Assembly: GCA_040081625.1 (NCBI GenBank)
Contig: JBEBGD010000035.1
Coordinates: 1-47,918, forward strand
DNA length: 47,918 bases
DNA from: Chthoniobacteraceae bacterium
GTDB lineage: Bacteria; Verrucomicrobiota; Verrucomicrobiia; Chthoniobacterales; Chthoniobacteraceae
Reading direction: 5' to 3'
Shown here: piece after piece, positions 1 to 8,354 of the stretch
Layout: each line of letters begins with the position of its first letter
How positions within the stretch are numbered: the stretch's first letter is position 1
The notes under the pieces: model-generated
Told to the model about the DNA's origin: nothing
What the model saw: the letters and a program-made list of their open reading frames with translations, nothing else
Database searches by the model: none
Program-made: the position numbers and the translations under genes

Positions 1-216
1 CCTTCGCCGGGTTGCTTGCCTTCGCCGGGCTGCTTGCCTTCGCCGGGTTGCTTGCCTTCGCCGGGTTGCTTGCCTTCGCCGGGTTGCTTGCCTTCGCCGG
101 GCTGCTTGCCTTCGCCGGGCTGCTTGCCTTCGCCGGGTTGTTTGCCCTCGCCGGGTTGCTTGCCTTCGCCGGGCTGCTTGCCTTCGCCGGGCTGCTTGCC
201 TTCGCCGGGTTGTTGA
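1..216. repeat. 18-bp tandem repeat CCTTCGCCGGG(T/C)TGCTTG, at least 12 units, encoding (KQPGEG)n on the minus strand
   Basis: Units start at 1, 19, 37 ... 199 with no spacers; variation is mostly at synonymous positions; the array runs to the window edge. Confidence 0.95.
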
Positions 217-3191
217 CCTTCGGGCTGCTGGCCGTCCTTCGGCTCGCCCGGCGCTGCGGACGGGTCGGCGAGGTCCGGGCGGTTCTGCGCGATCTCGCGG
301 TTGAGCTGCTTGGTCAGCGCGTCGAGCTCGGCACGCGCCTGGCGCAAGGCTTCGGCTTCATTTCCGAGCACGCTCTCCGCCGCGCGCTCGACGCCGGTCT
401 TAATCTCCTCGATCTCGCCGCGGGCCTTCTCCTCGAACTTCCGCGCCTGCTCTCCATAGCCGCGCTGGTTGAGCATCTTCGTCATCTCGAGCGTCTTCGC
501 GGTGTCGGTCTGCGCGGTCTTGCGGAGCGTATCGTAGAGCTCCTTGGCGAGCAGCGGCTCCGCGGCCTCGGCCTGCTCGCTCACGCGCTTCATGTCCTCG
601 GTGATGCCGCCGAGCTTCTCCTGCTGCTCGTCGAACTTCTTCGCGAGCTGCTCGCGCTCGCCGCTGCCGTCGAGCGTGCGGCGCTGCGGCTTGTCGGGCT
701 CGGCGCCGAGCTGGTCGCCGATCTCCTTCTGGTTCTGCGCGAGCTCGCGCGCCTCGCGTCGCATCTCACGCATCTCCTCGTTGAACTGGCCGCTGGTTTT
801 CTTGCGAAAGTCGTCGCGCAGCTTGTCGAGCTGCCGCTCCGCGCGCTTGCCGCTGGCGAGCGCCTGCGACGCCTCGTTGCGCTCCATCGCCTCCGCGGCC
901 TGCTGCGCTTCGTTGCGCGTCTGCTCGAGCTGCTTGCGCTCCTCGGCGAGCTGCGCCTGCTGCGGCGACTGCTCCATCTTCTGCTTCGTCTCGTCGATGT
1001 CGGCGAGAAGCTGCTGCTCCTCCTCCTTCAGGCGCTTGAGCTCGCGGCGGATGTCCTCCTTCTCCTTCTCGGTCTTCGCGGCCTGCAGCGCGGTCTGGAG
1101 TTCCTTGAGCCGCTCATTGATGTCCTGCTGGCGCTGCGCGAGTTCCTTGAGCCGGTTGAGGATGGCGAGCTGTTCGCGCTGCTGCTCGTTCTGCTGCTCC
1201 TCGGCTTCGCTCTGCTGCTCGTAGCGCTTCTTCTCGTCCTTCATCTCCAGCTCATCGAGCTGTGCCTGCATCTGCTGCTGCCGGCCCGACTGCTCGCCCT
1301 TGCTACGCTGGTTGCGCGTGATGCGGAACTCATGCGCCGCCAGCTTGAGCAGCGCATTGTAAGCGGCCTGCTCCGCGGCGAGCGCGGCGGGCAGCGGCTC
1401 CGTCGTCTTCTCCGCGGCGACGAGCTGATCGAGTGCGGCCTGCATCTCGCGCGTCACGTTCTCGAAGATCTCCTGCGCCTTCGGCTCCTCCGCCTTCTCG
1501 CCGAGCTCCTGCGCCTGCTTGAGCGCCTCGGCCTGCGAATCGCGCACGACCGGCTCGTCCGCGAGATACTTCGCCGCCGGCTTCTGCGCGGAAGTGTTCG
1601 CGTCCTCCGCGCGCTTGAGGTTCCACGTCGCGGTGATGATCTGCTTCTGAATCTCCGCGAGCTTGATCGCCTCGCCACCCGCGCCCTTTGGCGGCTGCTT
1701 GCCTTCGCCGCCGTCGCCGGGCCGGTAGATCTCCTCGAACGGGCGCACCTCGGCGAAGAACATGTCGGTCGCGGTGCGTCGCGGCTTGCCGTCGGGGCCG
1801 GTGTCCTCGGTCCACGCGAACCACGAGATCAGCTCGTCCGGCTTCATGCCGAGCGCCTCGAGCTTGAGCAGATGCTCGGCGGTCACGCGCTCGTCGGCCT
1901 TCGTCGCCTTGCCCAGCTCCACGTCCTGCGGTTCGCGACCGGCGACCGTGTAGCTCAGCCCGTAGCGCGCGAGGCCGAAGTCGTCCCACACCTCCGTGCG
2001 AAACGCGATCTCCTCGAGCGGCGACACGCGCACATCGCCGCGCGGGGTGAGCAGCTTCAGCTCGGGTTTCCGGTTCGGCAGCGCGTCGATGATGAATTGC
2101 GCGGGCACCTTGTTCGCGCGCCCGTCCGCATCGACGAGCCGCAGCTCGTAGCTCTGGCTCGCGGTGATGGCGAAGCCGGTGAGCGTCGCGAGCGGCTGCG
2201 CGGGATCGACGGCGAGCGGCACGACTTGCTCGGCCTTGGTCACGAGCTGCGCGGACTTCACCGGCTTGTTCAGGTGGAAAGCCACGTCGAGCGTCGTGCC
2301 CTCGACCGCGCTGACGCGGCGCGTGTCCGGCACCGTCTTGTCGGGCAGCCCGGTGTAGGCGGGGAAGTGCAGCGTCGCATCCGCGCGATCGAGCCGCGGG
2401 TGCTCGAAGACCTTCACGCTGAAATCGCGCGTCGCCTCGCCGGCGTATTCCACCCGGTAGGTCAGCTCCGCGTCCACTTCCGCCAGCGCGCCGCCGAAGA
2501 CCGGGTCGTCGAGATTCCGCACGAGCGGGATGCGCTGCGCGGGCTGATTGAGCGGCTGCACCACGAGCGTCGCTTCGCTCGGCACGCTGCCGCCGAACTT
2601 CGCGAGCACGACCAGCCCGGTGCCGCGCTCGACCTCGGTATCGCCCGGCGTCACCTCCACGCCCGTCGCCATCGGCGCCTGCGCCGCCGCGACCGCGCGC
2701 TTCTTCGCGGCTTTCGGCGCCGGCTTCGACGCGAAGAACAACGCGGCGACCGAGAGCGCGACGAGCGCGAATCCGCCGGCGACCCGCCACTTCGGCGCCG
2801 CATCCATCCACGGATGCGCCCGCGCGAGGCAGAGCACATCGGCGATCACGCGCTGCTGGAGAAAGTGCAGCCGCCCCGTGGCGGGATCGGGCCGCTGCTC
2901 GATGGCGGTGAGCAGCGCGGCGTGCAGCTCCGGGTGGTGCTGCTCGATCTGCCGCGCGATGGCGGTGAAGTCTGGCGACCAGCGGTTCGCGATGATCCGC
3001 GGCAGGCGCACGCCGAGCAGATACGCGAGCACGGCGATCATCGGCACCGGTGCGCGATGCCCCGTCGTCTTCCAGATCCAAGTCCCCAGCGCAAGCGCCG
3101 CCAGCAGCACCGCCGACCACGCGAGCATCCGCACGAGACGATGCCGCGAGGTGATCGGTTCGAGGGCGAGTTTGAGCATCGGGGTGATCAT
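1..3191 (-). CDS. Large membrane-anchored coiled-coil protein (DUF4175-like) of a MoxR/DUF58/BatA-type locus; 3' end runs off the window
   Basis: Missing from the ORF track because no stop falls in the window. The minus strand from ATG 3191 reads MITPMLKLALEPITSRHRLVRMLAWSAVLLAALALGTWIW...PDFTAIARQIEQHHPELHAALLTAIEQ (N-terminal TM helices), then coiled coils and a (KQPGEG)n tail. The + ORF 12..3212 is its same-frame antisense shadow. Confidence 0.8.
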   Translation of the reverse strand, partial: MITPMLKLALEPITSRHRLVRMLAWSAVLLAALALGTWIWKTTGHRAPVPMIAVLAYLLGVRLPRIIANRWSPDFTAIARQIEQHHPELHAALLTAIEQRPDPATGRLHFLQQRVIADVLCLARAHPWMDAAPKWRVAGGFALVALSVAALFFASKPAPKAAKKRAVAAAQAPMATGVEVTPGDTEVERGTGLVVLAKFGGSVPSEATLVVQPLNQPAQRIPLVRNLDDPVFGGALAEVDAELTYRVEYAGEATRDFSVKVFEHPRLDRADATLHFPAYTGLPDKTVPDTRRVSAVEGTTLDVAFHLNKPVKSAQLVTKAEQVVPLAVDPAQPLATLTGFAITASQSYELRLVDADGRANKVPAQFIIDALPNRKPELKLLTPRGDVRVSPLEEIAFRTEVWDDFGLARYGLSYTVAGREPQDVELGKATKADERVTAEHLLKLEALGMKPDELISWFAWTEDTGPDGKPRRTATDMFFAEVRPFEEIYRPGDGGEGKQPPKGAGGEAIKLAEIQKQIITATWNLKRAEDANTSAQKPAAKYLADEPVVRDSQAEALKQAQELGEKAEEPKAQEIFENVTREMQAALDQLVAAEKTTEPLPAALAAEQAAYNALLKLAAHEFRITRNQRSKGEQSGRQQQMQAQLDELEMKDEKKRYEQQSEAEEQQNEQQREQLAILNRLKELAQRQQDINERLKELQTALQAAKTEKEKEDIRRELKRLKEEEQQLLADIDETKQKMEQSPQQAQLAEERKQLEQTRNEAQQAAEAMERNEASQALASGKRAERQLDKLRDDFRKKTSGQFNEEMREMRREARELAQNQKEIGDQLGAEPDKPQRRTLDGSGEREQLAKKFDEQQEKLGGITEDMKRVSEQAEAAEPLLAKELYDTLRKTAQTDTAKTLEMTKMLNQRGYGEQARKFEEKARGEIEEIKTGVERAAESVLGNEAEALRQARAELDALTKQLNREIAQNRPDLADPSAAPGEPKDGQQPEGQQPGEGKQPGEGKQPGEGKQPGEGKQPGEGKQPGEGKQPGEGKQPGEGKQPGEGKQPGEGKQPGEGKQPGE

Positions 3192-3288
3192 CGCGGCGTG
3201 CGTGGACAGTGAACGCTTTCCGCGGGCAAAGGTAGCAGGACTTTTCGGCGGGCCGGTCGCCGCATTCGGCGCTCGACTTCGCCCACCG

Positions 3289-5109
3289 TCACTCGCGAAC
3301 CCGCCGCGCGTCGTCCTTCTCCTTGTCCTTCTTCGTCTTCTTGTCGGGAGCCTCCGCGCCGGGCTCCGCGGGCGAAGCCGCGCCGCCCTTCTTCTTGTCT
3401 TTGTCGGCCGGCTTCGCGTCGGGTTCATCAGCCGAACGCGCAGGCTTCCGGCCTTCCTCTTCGGCCGACTGCGACTTGCCGCGCTTGGGAGCCTTGGCCG
3501 CGCTCGTCGGTTCGCGGGGCTCCGCGGGCGTCTCCGGGCGCTGAGCCTTCGCCGGTTCGGGCGATTGCGGCGTGTCCGGCTGCGGCGGTGCTGGTGGCTC
3601 CGGGAGCGCCGGCCGCGCTGGCGCTTCCGCGGGAACGGGCCCGGCAGGGCGCTCAAGTTTTTGCGCCTTGCCCTTGCTCGCCGGCGTCATGACGGGGGAG
3701 TTGGAAAGTTCGCGCTTCGCTGGCGTGGCTGCAGGTTTTGCATCGCGCTTCGTGTCGGGCTTCGAGTCGGGCGCGGCGACGGGCTGCGGTTTCGCAGGTG
3801 AAGTGACTGGCCGCACCGGGACTGGCGGCTTGCTGGGCGCGCTCGGAGCGGGCGCGACCTTGGCCGGGCTCCTGCGTTGCGCTTCCTCCGCGCGGCGGGC
3901 CTCACTCGCCGCACCCTCGCGAATCTTCGCAGCATCGCCTTTCGCCTCGGCCCACCCGCGATCGAGTTCGATCGCTTTCACCGTCTCCTTCACCACCTTC
4001 GGCTTCGCGACCGCAGGCTTCGCATTCAAGACCGGCGCGACCATGCGCAGCGTGTTGCCGACCAGTTTCGCCGGCGAAGGCGCGCCTGCACTTACGCGCT
4101 CGACCGTGAGCCGCTCCACGGGCCGGCGGCTGTGCTGATTGATCACCGTGATGTCCGGCCCTCGATTCACGACGGTCACGCGGTTTTGCACCGTCTGGTA
4201 AGTCACGTTCGTCACGTTCGTCGTCCGGTTGATGATCGTCACGTTCTGCTCCGGCTGCACCACGCGGCCCACATAGGTCGGCTCGCCGAAGTCCGCGACG
4301 CGCAGGAACGCGTAGAGCCCCGGGCCGATGTCGAAATACGCATCGACACTCGCGGTGAACCCACTCGCCGAATACGCATCCGGCGGCAGCGGCGCCCAGC
4401 CGATGTAATCATCGTTCCGGCGCCACGAGACCCAGGCCGGGCCCCATTCCGTGCCCGGCACCCAGATCCAGCCGAGCCGCGGCGAGCGCGTCCAGCGACC
4501 GTAGTGATAGACCGCCCAGCCAAACGGCTCATTCGAGCGCCACGTCCAGCCATACTCGGTGGAAACCCAGCCGCCATCCGTGTAGGGCCGCCAGCTCGAC
4601 ACGACGCGCGGACGCCAGCAATAACCGCGGCCTTCGACCTGCACCCAGTCACCATACGGATCGAGCGCATCGTAAAAGAAATCCACCGACTGCTCCGCGC
4701 GCGCCTGCGCAGCCGCGCCTTTCGCAGCCTCGCGGGCCTCGCGTTCGCGCATCTCCGCGGCGGTGCGTTGCGCGCTGGCTTCCGCGGCGCGGCGCTCGGC
4801 AGCCAGTCGCTGCTCGCGCTCGGCAGCGAGCCGCGCGTCGTTCTGCGCCTTCGCTTGCGCCGCCATGTCACCGGCGAGTCGCGCCTTCTCGGCTTCCAAG
4901 GCCGCGCGTTCTCCTTCGAGCTTCGCGCGCTCCTGCTCGGTCGCGGCGCGGTCCGCGGCGGCGCGCTCGGTGGCGAGTTGCGCCTTCTCGCGTTCGAGCG
5001 CGGCGCGTTCCTCGGCGAGACGCCGGGCTTCGGTCGATGCTTGATCGCACGCGCTGAGCAACGCGAGTGAAGTGACGGCGATGAACAGGCGGCGGTATTT
5101 CATTTGCAT
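3289..5109 (-). CDS. Lipoprotein with coiled coil, DUF6600-type domain and Pro/Lys-rich tail
   Basis: Lipobox LALLSAC; FYDALDPYGDW...WRPYTDGGW...WAVYHYGRW...WVPGTEWGPAWVSWR...GWAPLPP signature. The start may be the ATG at 5103. Confidence 0.85.
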   Translation of the reverse strand: MQMKYRRLFIAVTSLALLSACDQASTEARRLAEERAALEREKAQLATERAAADRAATEQERAKLEGERAALEAEKARLAGDMAAQAKAQNDARLAAEREQRLAAERRAAEASAQRTAAEMREREAREAAKGAAAQARAEQSVDFFYDALDPYGDWVQVEGRGYCWRPRVVSSWRPYTDGGWVSTEYGWTWRSNEPFGWAVYHYGRWTRSPRLGWIWVPGTEWGPAWVSWRRNDDYIGWAPLPPDAYSASGFTASVDAYFDIGPGLYAFLRVADFGEPTYVGRVVQPEQNVTIINRTTNVTNVTYQTVQNRVTVVNRGPDITVINQHSRRPVERLTVERVSAGAPSPAKLVGNTLRMVAPVLNAKPAVAKPKVVKETVKAIELDRGWAEAKGDAAKIREGAASEARRAEEAQRRSPAKVAPAPSAPSKPPVPVRPVTSPAKPQPVAAPDSKPDTKRDAKPAATPAKRELSNSPVMTPASKGKAQKLERPAGPVPAEAPARPALPEPPAPPQPDTPQSPEPAKAQRPETPAEPREPTSAAKAPKRGKSQSAEEEGRKPARSADEPDAKPADKDKKKGGAASPAEPGAEAPDKKTKKDKEKDDARRVRE

Positions 5110-5121
5110 GGAGTGTGGTGC

Positions 5122-5149
5122 TTGGACCGGCGGTCCGCGCGCATATTCA
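5122..5149 (-). promoter_or_regulatory. Putative ECF-sigma-type promoter TGAAT-N17-GTCCAA
   Basis: The minus strand reads ttgaat atgcgcgcggaccgccg gtccaa just upstream of the DUF6600 gene; a similar motif lies before the paralog at 20076. Confidence 0.45.
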
Positions 5150-5178
5150 ATCCGTCCCGCGCGAAAAATCCACGGCTC

Positions 5179-7227
5179 TCAGCTCGCGACGGTGGACGCT
5201 TCCGGCTGCGTGGAGCGGCGCGACAACCGCCCGGACATCCACGTCTCCAGGAACAGGATGACAAAACAGGCCAGCAAGGCCCACCGCCAGAGCTTCTGCC
5301 GGCTCTCGAGTTCCACCGCAGCCGCCCGCGCCTCGCGTTGCGCGGTCTTCTCCGGCGATGCGGCCTCGCGCGAAAGCGGGATACCGAGCGCGCTCAAGCG
5401 TTCCGCGCCGAGCGGCGACGTGCGGCTTTCCTCCGGCGCGAGATTCACCACGAAGCGCATCGTGCCTGGCGTGACGGCATAGACGCCGGGCAGGTCGGTC
5501 TGCGCGAACTTCGTCTCCGCGCTCACCTCCGCGCTGTCGGGCTTGCGCACCGTCACGCCGCCCGGCGGCAACGCGACTTCATCGCCGACGAAATACTGCG
5601 CGCGCACGACAGGCAGCCGGCTCGATTGATCGAGCAGCGCGTGGAGCAGCGGGAGGAACTTCGACGAAAGCGCAAGCTGGCTGTCCGCCGGGCGCCACGT
5701 CGTCGCGAGCAAGACGACGCTGCCGCTGCCGAGCGGAACCTGCACGAGCGCGGGATCACCGCTGTCGAACTTCGCCAGCACGCGCGCGTCCTTCAACGCG
5801 GAGAGATCGAGGCGGCGGTGATGCCAGAAATGAATCTTCGTGAAGTCGCTGAACCGCGGATCGGCGAACGGCGCAAAAAGCGGATGCGTAAAGTCGATCT
5901 GCGCGAGCATCGCGTAGTCGCGCGTCGGCGCCTCGGTCGCAGGCAGGGCGGTGCCGAGCAGCTTCGCCGCAGCCTGCGCCGATGCGGCGTCGGCCATCGG
6001 CAAGAGCGCAAACTTCCCCCCACTCACAAACTGCGCCGCGCTCGCGAGCGCCGCGGCGCCGGGCTTCGCACCCACGACGATCAACTGCGCGCGCTGGAGC
6101 TGAAACGCCGGCACCGCTTCGTCCGCGCGATGCACGACGATCTCCACCTGCTGCCGCGCAGTGCGCGGGAAGGCGCGGCGCAGATAGTAGAGCGCCCCTT
6201 GAACGTCTTCATCTGCGTCCGCACCGATGAAAAGCACTGGCACTTGCGCAGTCTGCGGCGGGAGCAGGAAGGCAGTGTTGTCGAAGTCCGCCTCGTCGCC
6301 CGTGAGCACGATGCGATCGGCGCCCGCCGGAGCTTCCGGTGCGCGGACGATGCGTGCCTTTCCCGCCGGAACGTAGGCATCGAACTCCGCGCCGCCCTGC
6401 CAGCGCAACTTGAACTGCTCGCGCTTTGCCTCGGCGGCATTCGTCACGCGCAAACGAACGGTCGTCTTGTCGCCCGCGCCGCCTTCCTCGCTCTCCGGCA
6501 GCCAGGCGACGCCGGCGTTCTCGTGCAGCTTCGCGGCGACGGGATCGAGCGTCACCGTCACGTTCTTCGGCCACGCGAAGCCTTGCAGCGCATCGAGACG
6601 CGCACCTTCTTGCAGGTCACTGAGCACCACGATCTCCGAGTGCGTGCGCTGGTCGGGCTGATCGAGCAGCTCGGCGGAGTGAATGAGCGCGGCGTCGAGA
6701 CGAGTCGCGCTCCATCCCGGTGCGAGCGCGCCGATCCGCTGACGCGCAAGCGCCACGCGCTCATCGGGCCGCGCCTTTCGCCACTCCTCGAAACTCAGCA
6801 CGTCGCGCGGCGCACCGTCGAAGCTGACGATGGCGACTTCGTCCACCGGCGTCGTTGCACGCAGCCGCTCCTCCGCCTTCGCGCGAAGATCGTCCCAGAG
6901 CTTCTCGCGACGAAGACTCGCGCTCGTATCGAGCAGCAGCACGATCCGCCGCCCTTCACCCGCGGCTGGGAGATGAGAGTTGATCGTCTCGCGCAAAAAC
7001 GGCCGCCCAAATGCCAGCGCAAGCAGCGCGAGCGCGAGGCAGCGCAGCAGCAGCAGCCACAGATTCTCCAGCCGGCTGCGCTTGGTGATGCGCGGCGGCG
7101 ACGGCTGCAAAAACATCAGCGTGCTGAACGGCGTGACCTCGCGCGTCGTGCGGCGGATGAGGTGAAAGAGAATCGGCCCGATGATCGCGAGCGCGCCGAG
7201 GAGGAAGAGCGGAGCGAGGAAGGTCAT
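5179..7227 (-). CDS. BatA N-terminal (aerotolerance regulator) + VWA domain membrane protein
   Basis: Starts MTFLAPLFLLGALAIIGPILFHLIRR (BatA motif); LLLDTSAS MIDAS-like motif; VLSDLQ; C-terminal TM helix. Start reassigned from 7314 to the ATG at 7227. Confidence 0.88.
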   Translation of the reverse strand: MTFLAPLFLLGALAIIGPILFHLIRRTTREVTPFSTLMFLQPSPPRITKRSRLENLWLLLLRCLALALLALAFGRPFLRETINSHLPAAGEGRRIVLLLDTSASLRREKLWDDLRAKAEERLRATTPVDEVAIVSFDGAPRDVLSFEEWRKARPDERVALARQRIGALAPGWSATRLDAALIHSAELLDQPDQRTHSEIVVLSDLQEGARLDALQGFAWPKNVTVTLDPVAAKLHENAGVAWLPESEEGGAGDKTTVRLRVTNAAEAKREQFKLRWQGGAEFDAYVPAGKARIVRAPEAPAGADRIVLTGDEADFDNTAFLLPPQTAQVPVLFIGADADEDVQGALYYLRRAFPRTARQQVEIVVHRADEAVPAFQLQRAQLIVVGAKPGAAALASAAQFVSGGKFALLPMADAASAQAAAKLLGTALPATEAPTRDYAMLAQIDFTHPLFAPFADPRFSDFTKIHFWHHRRLDLSALKDARVLAKFDSGDPALVQVPLGSGSVVLLATTWRPADSQLALSSKFLPLLHALLDQSSRLPVVRAQYFVGDEVALPPGGVTVRKPDSAEVSAETKFAQTDLPGVYAVTPGTMRFVVNLAPEESRTSPLGAERLSALGIPLSREAASPEKTAQREARAAAVELESRQKLWRWALLACFVILFLETWMSGRLSRRSTQPEASTVAS

Positions 7228-7243
7228 GGCGTTGCGACGGCTC

Positions 7244-7387
7244 GTTTGGCGTTTGGCGTTTGAAGTTTGGAGTTTGAAGTTTGGCCCGCCGCAGGCGCCT
7301 CGGACTTGGGACACGGGCGATCCGAGGCAAACGGCCCTGCGGGCGGCTCAACGCCAAACGCCAAACGCCAAACACCAAACACCAAAC
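7244..7387. repeat. Intergenic inverted heptamer-repeat element with nested hairpin core
   Basis: Left arm has six GTTTG(GC/AA/GA) units and right arm five (G/A)CCAAAC units; internal inverted pairs CGCAGG/CCTGCG and GCCTCGGA/TCCGAGGC. Confidence 0.85.
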
Positions 7388-8302
7388 TCACGCCGCCGCC
7401 CTCCGTCGCACCAACTTCCCGCGATGCGCGCGCGCGTTCATGAAATCGAAGAGCGCCAGCTCCAGCGGTTGCGCGGTCGAGAGTTGGACGTGCGTGATGC
7501 CGAGCCGCTGGCAGGTCGCCTTCACGGCGTCGAGATGCTCGCCGAGCCGGCGCTGGTAGTCCGCGCGCGCGGTGGCGGGCTCGAGGAAAATGTCGCGCCC
7601 GGTTTCGAGATCCTCGAACCGCGCGGCAGCGCTGAAATCGAACTCCAGCTCCGCGGGATCGAGCACCTGGAAGATGACAACTTCGTGGCCGCTCGCGGTG
7701 AGCAGGCTCAGTGGAGCTTCGAGCTCGGCGATCGGCGCGAGCAGGTCGGTGATCAGCACGACGAGGCCGCGCTTGCGCACCAGCTCCACCATCCGTCGCA
7801 GCGGCGCCGCGAGATCGGTCGCGCGGCCTTCCATCGGCTTCTCGAGCGCGAGCATGAGCTGGCGCAGGTGTCCGGGCCGATGCCGCGCGGGTAGGTATTC
7901 GCGCACCGCGCCGTCGAAGGTGAGCAGGCCGGTCGCGTCACCTTGATGGTGAAGAAACCACGCAAGCGTCGCGGCGAGCGTGCGCGCGTAGTCGGCCTTC
8001 GTGTAGCCGCGCGAGCCGAACATCATCGAGCGGCTCGCATCGACGAGCAGATGGCAGCGCAGGTTCGTCTCGTCCTCGAACTTCTTGATGAAGTAGCGGT
8101 CGGCGCGCGCGGCGAGTTTCCAGTCGAGGTAGCGCGGATCGTCGCCGGGCGAGTAGGAGCGATACTCGGTGAACTCCACGCTGAAGCCGTGATACGGCGA
8201 GCGATGCAGCCCGTGCCAGAATCCCTCGACGACGGTGCGCGCGCGCAATTCCAAATTGCGGATCGCCATCAACGCGGCGGGATCGAGAAAGCTGGTGCTC
8301 AC
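7388..8302 (-). CDS. DUF58 family protein (MoxR-associated, VWA-like)
   Basis: GLHRSPYHGFSVEFTEYRSYSPGDDPRYLDWK...IKKFEDETN...LVDASRSM; GTG start. Confidence 0.93.
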   Translation of the reverse strand: MSTSFLDPAALMAIRNLELRARTVVEGFWHGLHRSPYHGFSVEFTEYRSYSPGDDPRYLDWKLAARADRYFIKKFEDETNLRCHLLVDASRSMMFGSRGYTKADYARTLAATLAWFLHHQGDATGLLTFDGAVREYLPARHRPGHLRQLMLALEKPMEGRATDLAAPLRRMVELVRKRGLVVLITDLLAPIAELEAPLSLLTASGHEVVIFQVLDPAELEFDFSAAARFEDLETGRDIFLEPATARADYQRRLGEHLDAVKATCQRLGITHVQLSTAQPLELALFDFMNARAHRGKLVRRRAAA

Positions 8303-8312
8303 TGGTGCGCGC

Positions 8313-8340
8313 AGAGTGGGGCGGAGGGCGCGCGAGTCAA
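8313..8340 (-). promoter_or_regulatory. Putative sigma70 promoter of the DUF58 operon
   Basis: Minus strand TTGACT-N16-CACTCT, 10 bp before the GTG start. Confidence 0.45.
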
Positions 8341-8354
8341 GGCGGGCGCGACTG

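Noticed and set aside
1..216. Possible CRISPR array
   Set aside because: Head-to-tail 18-mers with no unique spacers, in frame within a CDS, and no cas genes in the window.
12..3212. 1066-aa Leu-rich + strand ORF with (LLAFAG)n repeats
   Set aside because: Same-frame antisense shadow of the real minus-strand gene, which has sensible TM, coiled-coil and family motifs and fits the operon direction.
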